Under the pieces are notes generated by a model that was given only the letters and a program-made list of their open reading frames with translations, did no database searches and was not told the origin of the DNA. A program made the position numbers and the translations under genes. Below are positions 26,330 to 32,000 of a stretch of 32,000 nt of DNA, in pieces. Positions within the stretch are counted from its first letter, which is position 1. The number at the start of each line of letters is the position of its first letter. The DNA is taken from positions 2,490,001-2,522,000 of the forward strand of contig NC_020409.1 of the NCBI RefSeq assembly GCF_000341895.1, given 5' to 3'. This DNA comes from Pseudodesulfovibrio piezophilus C1TLV30. Its GTDB lineage: Bacteria; Desulfobacterota; Desulfovibrionia; Desulfovibrionales; Desulfovibrionaceae.

Positions 26330-27322
26330 TTATTGGTTGATGGGACGATGAACCCCTGAGAGGGTTTCCCGGAGGTCTTCGGGTAACGTGAGAACCGCGT
26401 CGGGGTCAATCTCGACCAGGAGCAGCGCCGAGGCTATGCGTTGGCCCGGGGTGCCATGGTTGACCCCCTCTCTGAGGGCTGGCAGGGCATCTTTGCCTAT
26501 TTCGGCAAGGGTCCTGAATGCCATCTGCGCCAGTGGCGTGCCTCCACGTCCCAGCAGGCGTGTCAAGATTTGACTGGCCTTGTTTCCTATATGCCCGACC
26601 ATGCAAGTGCCGGACTCACTGCCAAGAAGTGCAAGCTCGAATTCTATCATGGCCGGGTCAGCTCCGATCAGGTCTATGGCTTCTGCTATGACATGCATGG
26701 CTCGAATGTCATCAGTCTCCAGAGCCCTGATCAGGGCGGGGACAGCGCTTTGTGCGCTGGGTCCCAGTCTTCCGAGTAGCCATGCGGCCTTGGCTCTAAC
26801 AGCACTGTCTTCTGTCTGCAGGGTTCGAATCAGGGCCGGAATGCTGTTACTCCCCATCAATTTGAGGCTGAACGCAGCGGCATCCCGAACATGGGGCCGG
26901 AGGTCGGCAAGGCGTTTTACCAGGAACGGAGCCGCAGTCTTTCCGAGCATTCCAAGGCTGTGTGCAGCGAGGCTTCTGGTGTGCACGTCCGTATCGTTGA
27001 GTGATTTCAGAAGGGTGTCCATACCGAGTGCCGGGGAGGGCAGGAGAGAGAGACCGATAACCGCCCCCCTGCGTTGGAGCGGCGAGCCGTGCTCGGCCAA
27101 CTGCATCAAGGGTTTGAGGGCGCACTGTCCCATGAGGTCCAGTTCCATTGCGGCTGTAAGGCGAATATCACCGGATTTGTCAGCCAGGCGCATTGCGACA
27201 TCGGGTATCGATATGTCCTGAAGAGGAGCGGCATGAGCACTCCATGCGAACACCAAAAGGAAAAGAATGGCCGGAGCCAGGACTGTGTCCAAAACCATAT
27301 TTTGTCTTTTGACTATTTTCAT
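26330..27322 (-). CDS. Secreted HEAT-repeat (PBS-lyase-type HEAT-like) protein
   Basis: It has a signal peptide (LAPAILFLLVFAWSAHA|AP). About 8 repeats follow the D/S-x-x-V/I-R-x-x-A-A-x-x-L-G pattern (DVHTRSLAAHSLGMLG, RPHVRDAAAFSLKLMG, DSAVRAKAAWLLGRLG and others). It starts 24 nt after the repressor stop. Confidence 0.8.
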   Translation of the reverse strand: MKIVKRQNMVLDTVLAPAILFLLVFAWSAHAAPLQDISIPDVAMRLADKSGDIRLTAAMELDLMGQCALKPLMQLAEHGSPLQRRGAVIGLSLLPSPALGMDTLLKSLNDTDVHTRSLAAHSLGMLGKTAAPFLVKRLADLRPHVRDAAAFSLKLMGSNSIPALIRTLQTEDSAVRAKAAWLLGRLGPSAQSAVPALIRALETDDIRAMHVIAEAIDLIGADPAMIEFELALLGSESGTCMVGHIGNKASQILTRLLGRGGTPLAQMAFRTLAEIGKDALPALREGVNHGTPGQRIASALLLVEIDPDAVLTLPEDLRETLSGVHRPINQ

Positions 27323-27346
27323 GGGGTGCCTTGATGTGATTCGGAC

Positions 27347-28093
27347 TTATTTTCTGGTCATATCGCTCCACGCCCAGACCACATTGCCGCCAATGGCGCG
27401 GGTGATATCGCCTTCGTAGTCGCGTTCGAGGCGGTAGGTGGTGGGGGGGAAGTCCCGACTGTTGTCCGAGTAGAATATGAGTTCGAGATCCTCATCGAGT
27501 CGCTTGGTGTTGACTCGCTTGACCATGGCTCCCCCGTCCTCGCCGGGTTCGCAAACAAGCATGATTTTCCCCGCCGGGCTGGGGTCACGGTCATTGCGGT
27601 CTACCAGGACGATATCGCCAGGATGCAGGGTGGGGATCATTGACAGTTCATTGGCTCCGATCTCGACAGCCACGAGGTTGGTGCGAAAGCGGATGGATTC
27701 CTGATGCCTCCAGACGAGAACCCAGCCCTCCACCTTGTCTTCGGGGATGAGGCCCGGACCTGCCGCCACAGGAGATGCCGCAAGTGGCACAGCCAGATAG
27801 TCATCAGGAAGTGGGTCTGGACTATTGTCTCCTGACTGAGACTTGCCAGGCATGTGAAAGCATATTTCCCGTGCTGCATCGGTCGGTTCGTCGCCAAATG
27901 AAATGGAGACTCCGACCTTGTCGAGAATATGTCCCAGAGAGTCGGCGTTGAGGCCTCTTTCCTGCTTGAGGAATCTGTTCAGCTGGGAAGGATCAATGCC
28001 GAGTTCGTCGGCCATCCTTTTGTTGTTGGGATATCGCTTCCCTCTGCCTATGCGGCTGATAAGCGCCTGCCGTACGTCGTCAGTAAATCCCAT
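27347..28093 (-). CDS. Phage CI/LexA-type repressor: N-terminal HTH plus C-terminal S24 self-cleaving peptidase domain
   Basis: The HTH segment is MADELGIDPSQLNRFLKQERG. A LexA-like cleavage site VAA|GPG lies at about aa 109-114. The catalytic Ser is in ELSMIPTL and the Lys in AMVKRV, 41 residues apart. GGAGGAAG lies upstream of the ATG. Confidence 0.9.
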   Translation of the reverse strand: MGFTDDVRQALISRIGRGKRYPNNKRMADELGIDPSQLNRFLKQERGLNADSLGHILDKVGVSISFGDEPTDAAREICFHMPGKSQSGDNSPDPLPDDYLAVPLAASPVAAGPGLIPEDKVEGWVLVWRHQESIRFRTNLVAVEIGANELSMIPTLHPGDIVLVDRNDRDPSPAGKIMLVCEPGEDGGAMVKRVNTKRLDEDLELIFYSDNSRDFPPTTYRLERDYEGDITRAIGGNVVWAWSDMTRK

Positions 28094-28124
28094 GAGTCTT
28101 CCTCCGTTCCGTGGTCGGGATGTC

Positions 28125-28205
28125 TTGTTTATACATAGTTTTTGATGGATGTCTAAAGTTTTTTGTCAAAATTAGTTGACTCTCTAATAGTCAATCGACT
28201 ATTTA
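28125..28205. promoter_or_regulatory. Divergent promoter/operator region of the repressor switch
   Basis: Four copies of the half-site AGTCAA/TTGACT are present: tGTCAA 28164-69, TTGACT 28176-81, AGTCAA 28189-94 and TcGACT 28195-200, arranged as two inverted pairs. The rightward candidate promoter is TTGACT-N18-TATTTA. The leftward candidate, read on the minus strand, is TAGACA-N16-TATAAA (28150-55 / 28128-33). Confidence 0.5.
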
Positions 28206-28250
28206 TAGGCGTCCATGTGAACGGGAAGGCTGAGGGTCAGAGGAGGATTT

Positions 28251-28661
28251 ATGTTGAAAAAGGTGGAACTGATGCGTGTGGAGCAGGGGGATGAGGGAAC
28301 CTTCGGGGTCTTGCGGCTCGAAGGGCGTGCCTACTGCGTTACTTTAGAGCCTCCGGACAGGGACAACATGGCAAATATGTCGTGTATCCCCGCCGGTCAC
28401 TATATGTGCAGACTGGTGGAGTCTCCACGCTTCGGCAGGACGTTCGAGGTGATGAATGTTCCGGGGCGCTCCCACATCCTGTTACATCCGGGCAACGTGG
28501 TTGGGGATACCCGTGGCTGCGTTTTGCTCGGTAGAGAATTCGGTCGATTGAGGGGAGACAGGGCAGTGCTCAATTCCGGGAAAACCTTTGCCGGTTTTCT
28601 GGAACAGTGCGGCGATGTAAACGAATTCGCCTTTATGGTGACAAACGCATACGAGGAGTAA
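28251..28661 (+). CDS. DUF5675-like protein with a YkuD (L,D-transpeptidase)-like H...[ST]xGC motif; no signal peptide
   Basis: It shows TFGVL...C.TLEPP...IPAGHY...RF...F.V..VPGRSHILLHPGNVVGDTRGCVLLG. H79 and C90 follow the YkuD catalytic pattern H-x(n)-[ST]-x-G-C-[IV]. AGGAGG lies upstream of the ATG. Confidence 0.75.
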   Translation: MLKKVELMRVEQGDEGTFGVLRLEGRAYCVTLEPPDRDNMANMSCIPAGHYMCRLVESPRFGRTFEVMNVPGRSHILLHPGNVVGDTRGCVLLGREFGRLRGDRAVLNSGKTFAGFLEQCGDVNEFAFMVTNAYEE

Positions 28662-28663
28662 TC

Positions 28664-28918
28664 ATGGATAATTTTTGTTTGAAGGGTGCGCGGGATATCT
28701 GCGACGCCGTGGGAGAAAATCCTAAAAATATACATGAATTGGTCAAGGATCATGGGCTGCCGGCATGGAAGCGGGGGGCCAAGGGAACATGGCGGGCCTT
28801 GCCCGATGATCTCAGGCTCTGGATTCGCGAACAGCGGGACCGGAATATCGGGTATTTCCTTTACGGTGACGGTTGCATGATTGACGGAGGCAAGCGTCGA
28901 TCTCCAGAGGACGCCTGA
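28664..28918 (+). CDS. Small (84 aa) excisionase/AlpA-like HTH DNA-binding protein
   Basis: The ATG lies 2 nt after the upstream stop, with GAGGAG upstream. The segment ICDAVGENPKNIHELVKDHGLPAWKRG...WRALPDDLRLWI resembles the phage Xis / MerR-superfamily HTH_17 type. Confidence 0.65.
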   Translation: MDNFCLKGARDICDAVGENPKNIHELVKDHGLPAWKRGAKGTWRALPDDLRLWIREQRDRNIGYFLYGDGCMIDGGKRRSPEDA

Positions 28919-28965
28919 TTTTGACCAACCAAGGGGCCGGGTTTCTCCGGTCCATTCTTTGTGTG

Positions 28966-29676
28966 TCATTCGAGATGATACCTGACTACCCCCGAGCCGT
29001 TGACACCGCTTCGGGGGTGTTTCTCGTTTGGAGCGTTCACAGAGAGCCGTACTCCATGCTCCGGCTCCAGGCGGACCACACGCTCGGCCAAGGCCAGGCA
29101 GTGTTCAAGCTTATTGATCTTTTCGAAAAGCGGGTTCAAAGGGCGTCTCATAAAAGTCCGGTGAGATGGTGGGGTGTCACGAGGCTTTTGTATGACTGAT
29201 TCAGGGACTTTTTGTAAGACACTCCTCTCATCTTTTGTCATCATTTTCGAATCGGTATTGTGGGTGGATATGATCTGGGTATGATTAGTCGGTTCGTTGC
29301 GAAGAGAGACAGGGAGAGCCAGTGATGGTGGTGTGAAGAGAAGGGAGTTGGAAGAGGATATAACGGCCGGAGGCTTATGAAGGGGGGCCTCCGGAGAAAG
29401 GGGCGGAGATTTTCGTATTTTTTTATTTTCAGGAGGAGATGCTGGCGTGGGGCCGAGTAACCAGTTCATTTTATCCTGAAAGACGGTTTGGGGGGATTTG
29501 TCATTCACGGCGAATTCATAGGTATACTCGCCGACTGTGTAGGCTGTCCCTGCATATTGAAGCGGTCCTGTTGAAACAAGCCCGACCACACCAAGGGTGG
29601 CATTGAGAATCATGCAACCAGGCAGAACCAGGATCGCGACTGCAAAGAAAGTGTTTCGGACAAAGAGGTGCTTCAT
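28966..29676 (-). CDS. Hypothetical membrane-anchored or lipoprotein with a Pro/Ser-rich linker
   Basis: The hydrophobic N-terminus has a lipobox-like LPGC. It is followed by low-complexity Pro-rich sequence (PTPASPPENKKIRKSPPLSPEAPLHKPP). I recognise no family. Confidence 0.55.
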   Translation of the reverse strand: MKHLFVRNTFFAVAILVLPGCMILNATLGVVGLVSTGPLQYAGTAYTVGEYTYEFAVNDKSPQTVFQDKMNWLLGPTPASPPENKKIRKSPPLSPEAPLHKPPAVISSSNSLLFTPPSLALPVSLRNEPTNHTQIISTHNTDSKMMTKDERSVLQKVPESVIQKPRDTPPSHRTFMRRPLNPLFEKINKLEHCLALAERVVRLEPEHGVRLSVNAPNEKHPRSGVNGSGVVRYHLE

Positions 29677-29835
29677 GCCAGGGGCATTGCACTGCTTATA
29701 CCGTTTTTGACAATTACGTGTGAATTTGAATTGTTGCCGTGGTGGTCATCATGGCAATTCTTTTGCCATAGACAGAGTGTCAAAAAACCGGGAAAAGCTT
29801 TTGTGGATGTGCAGGACGGCCTGTCATTGGGTTTG

Positions 29836-29872
29836 CTAAAAGAAAGATCGGAGCAGGGTCTCCTTGCTCCGA
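29836..29872 (-). terminator. Rho-independent terminator of the flavin reductase gene
   Basis: On the minus strand the stem tcggagcaagg / cctgctccga has one mismatch and is followed by tctttctttt. Confidence 0.6.
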
Positions 29873-29897
29873 CCTTATTTGTAAGGAATAGACCCGG

Positions 29898-30470
29898 TTA
29901 TTCGGTGAATTGTCGCCCGATGTCGAACGCCTTGCCGACGCGCTCGCCCACAGTGTGATAATCGCGCGTGCCGGGGTTGAAGATGAGTGGCAGAATTTTT
30001 TCTATATCGGGATGTTTGCCATCCACGAGCATATCCTCATCGCACTTGACATCCTTGATCTCACCGACCAGCAGGGTGTGGATACCGAGTTCATAGACAT
30101 GGCTCAACTCGCACTCGATAACAAGCGGAAATTCATCAATGTATGGAGCTTCCACAACATCACTGGCCACGGCGGTCAGTCCGGCCTTGGCCAGTTTGTC
30201 TTCATTCTTTCCCGAGGCGATACCAAGGTAGTCGGCTTCAGCCGCAAGTGCCTTGGTGCAGACGGAAATGGTGAATGCCTTGTGCTTCATGATTCCGGCA
30301 TAGGTATGTCGGGAAGGGCGCACGGAAACTGTCATACTGGCAGGTTGGGAGCTGGCAATGCCGCCCCAGGCTGCGATCATGGCGTTGGGTTTGTCGTTTT
30401 CATCATAACTCCCCACAGCCCAGACCGGTGTCGGTTGGGCCAGGGTTTTGGCTCCGAGGGATTTTTTCAT
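29898..30470 (-). CDS. Flavin reductase-like FMN-binding split-barrel protein
   Basis: The family-typical N-terminal core is PTPVWAVGSYDENDKPNAMIAAWGGIASSQPASMTVSVRP. Its size (190 aa) also fits. Confidence 0.8.
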   Translation of the reverse strand: MKKSLGAKTLAQPTPVWAVGSYDENDKPNAMIAAWGGIASSQPASMTVSVRPSRHTYAGIMKHKAFTISVCTKALAAEADYLGIASGKNEDKLAKAGLTAVASDVVEAPYIDEFPLVIECELSHVYELGIHTLLVGEIKDVKCDEDMLVDGKHPDIEKILPLIFNPGTRDYHTVGERVGKAFDIGRQFTE

Positions 30471-30538
30471 GAATGGTGACTCCTTTTATGAATGATGTTG
30501 AGGATATTACGAGAATCTGTTGAAAATGCAAACCGGTC

Positions 30539-31594
30539 TCAAAGGGTTTGAAGCATTGGGGTAACTCGAGTCACCACCTTTTTTGCGATGGCCGAGCAGT
30601 GTCGGCAGGCATCACAGTCCTTGAGACAGTCAGACACACGATGCAGAAAATCGTCAGGGAAACGGGTGTTCTCCACCACTATCTGATCTGCCAGGTCTCC
30701 GACTGCGTCCAGGAGAAGTAAAAGGTTGCCGGTAAATCGTCCATCGAGATAGGCAGAAATGGTTTGCTTCAGGAACGGGGTTCCCTTGTTTCTCCCGCAT
30801 ATTTTAAGACTCTCCACCATACCTGCATAACGGGCAGCATCTTCAGGCCGGATAAAAGGAGAGGCAAGGATCAGGCTCGGGTCGGTGATAAACCGTCGGA
30901 TGCAGCCGAAATAGTGATTCATGGCAAAGGTTCTGTCCCGACACAGATTCTCGTTGATCATGGCGATGTGTGCATCATGGGCCGGTTTATATGGACAAAA
31001 GGGAAGGCATCCTTCATTGGCAATGAGTTGAAGCTGGATGTCCGGATATGCTCCTTTGAGTCGTTCGGATATCCGGCCCAGATGTTCGAGATCCCGATTG
31101 AGGGAGCGGTCCAGAATGATCCGGCTTGGGGGAAGGAAATGGGTGGTTCGGATCATTGACAGCATGGAAAAGCACCGCCCTGCCGAGTCCAACATGGAAT
31201 TGATGCTGGGAATGGCTTCCAGGCTCGCCGCAACTTCGGGATGTGCATCCGAAAGGGCTTGCAGGTGATACGGATCGGCAAAGATGATTCCGGTGATCCC
31301 GGTTTCTCCTGCCAAATGAGAGAGCGCCTCGGCAGTGGATCGGAGAGCGTGGGGAGAAAAATATGTGTCAGGAGCGTGGAGCCTGGTGTTCATCAATGCG
31401 TATCGGGGAGTACCCTCCAGGGCCTTCAATCCGGCGATCACATCTTTGAGACCATGATGCTCAAGGCGTTGGCGAGCATCGACTATGGTTGGATCATACA
31501 GGCTGAAATGGACTGACGCCAGTGAGCCTCGGCATTCAGTCAGAAAAGAGATGTACTCCGGGTCAGGGGTAAGCGGCACATCCAGCGGCAGCAT
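30539..31594 (-). CDS. Hypothetical Cys-rich enzyme-like protein; possible Fe-S binding with a weak U32-peptidase-like flavour; function unknown
   Basis: Cys clusters are NEGCLPFCPYKP, FGCIRRF and a C-terminal CLKDCDACRHC. I chose the ATG at 31594 with GGGAGA upstream; it lies 2 nt from the stop of the upstream hydrolase gene. Confidence 0.6.
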   Translation of the reverse strand: MLPLDVPLTPDPEYISFLTECRGSLASVHFSLYDPTIVDARQRLEHHGLKDVIAGLKALEGTPRYALMNTRLHAPDTYFSPHALRSTAEALSHLAGETGITGIIFADPYHLQALSDAHPEVAASLEAIPSINSMLDSAGRCFSMLSMIRTTHFLPPSRIILDRSLNRDLEHLGRISERLKGAYPDIQLQLIANEGCLPFCPYKPAHDAHIAMINENLCRDRTFAMNHYFGCIRRFITDPSLILASPFIRPEDAARYAGMVESLKICGRNKGTPFLKQTISAYLDGRFTGNLLLLLDAVGDLADQIVVENTRFPDDFLHRVSDCLKDCDACRHCSAIAKKVVTRVTPMLQTL

Positions 31595-31596
31595 GC

Positions 31597-32000
31597 TTAT
31601 TCTCCCTTGGCAAACCGAGCAACCGGGCTGATCCATTCCGGTCGGGGTTGGTAGAACAGGCCGTGTCCTTTGGTACTCTTGATTCGTTTTTCACTGAAAA
31701 CAAGATCTCTGGTTTTGGACTGGGCAAAAGCCTGCACGCATGATCCGGCTTCAAGGTCACTGCCGGTATAGAGAGAAAGGATACGGCCTCTGAGTCGCGC
31801 TCCGCGTTTTCTTTTGAGGAATTGATCATACGCATAGGATTTGCGCCCTTTGCCGCATCCGGCCAGAATGACGTATCGTGCGCTGGGATTGGCTAGTGAC
31901 GAAGCCGTGAGCAAGGCCATGTAGCCTCCCTTGGAAAATCCGACGACGGTGATGTTTCCGGCCGGGACTCCGGCAGCCATCAGGGTCCGTATCTGCGAAG
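31597..32000 (-). CDS. Alpha/beta-hydrolase-fold protein (3' part; the N-terminus lies beyond the window end)
   Basis: The nucleophile elbow is VVGFSKGG (GxSxG). The frame stays open to position 32000 upstream of the first Met. Confidence 0.7.
   Translation of the reverse strand, partial: SQIRTLMAAGVPAGNITVVGFSKGGYMALLTASSLANPSARYVILAGCGKGRKSYAYDQFLKRKRGARLRGRILSLYTGSDLEAGSCVQAFAQSKTRDLVFSEKRIKSTKGHGLFYQPRPEWISPVARFAKGE

Noticed and set aside
28921-29199. Plus-strand 92-aa ORF downstream of the Xis-like gene, which would extend the rightward cassette.
   Set aside because: It has a TTG start and no RBS, and it lies entirely within the minus-strand ORF that has a signal/lipobox-like N-terminus. 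I kept the minus-strand call, but only with moderate confidence.
1-32000. Scan of all intergenic regions for CRISPR arrays, tandem repeats, tRNA/rRNA genes, IS elements, integrases, reverse transcriptases and toxin-antitoxin pairs.
   Set aside because: I saw no regularly spaced direct repeats and no tRNA-like T-arm or acceptor signatures. No ORF carries transposase, integrase or RT motifs. This was visual inspection only, so short or degenerate elements could have been missed.

Overview
This is a chromosomal segment with a deltaproteobacterial, Desulfovibrio-like gene content. That attribution is an inference from the many PAS histidine kinases, a REC-STAS regulator, an archaeal-type AroA' aldolase and roughly 50-55% GC. 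I call 33 protein-coding genes, and most are ordinary.

Housekeeping genes:
- trxC, trmI, a radical SAM gene, rng, rsmB and recQ
- an ADH-synthase-type aldolase
- a PaaI thioesterase, a flavin reductase and a CBS-ACT protein

Signalling genes:
- a solute-binding protein / histidine kinase / REC-STAS operon
- a multi-PAS histidine kinase
- an EAL-HDOD protein

I found no rRNA, tRNA, CRISPR array, transposase or integrase.

Two modules look accessory:
1. At 1-2462, cut by the window edge, four translationally coupled ORFs appear to encode a Rad50/SbcC-like ATPase split into pieces, with an Mre11/SbcD-like metallophosphoesterase gene lying between the pieces.
2. At about 25.5-29.9 kb there is a compact phage-lysogeny-switch-like islet.
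   - A CI/LexA-type HTH-S24 self-cleaving repressor heads an operon with a secreted HEAT-repeat protein and a 135-aa unknown protein.
   - It is divergent from a DUF5675/YkuD-motif protein plus a small excisionase-like HTH protein, across an operator-rich spacer.
   - An AT-rich non-coding stretch on its left flank carries a sigma54-like -24/-12 match and a perfect 50-nt palindromic terminator.

I rank the islet as the best candidate for an undescribed system. All functional calls come from motif recognition by eye; no database searches were run.
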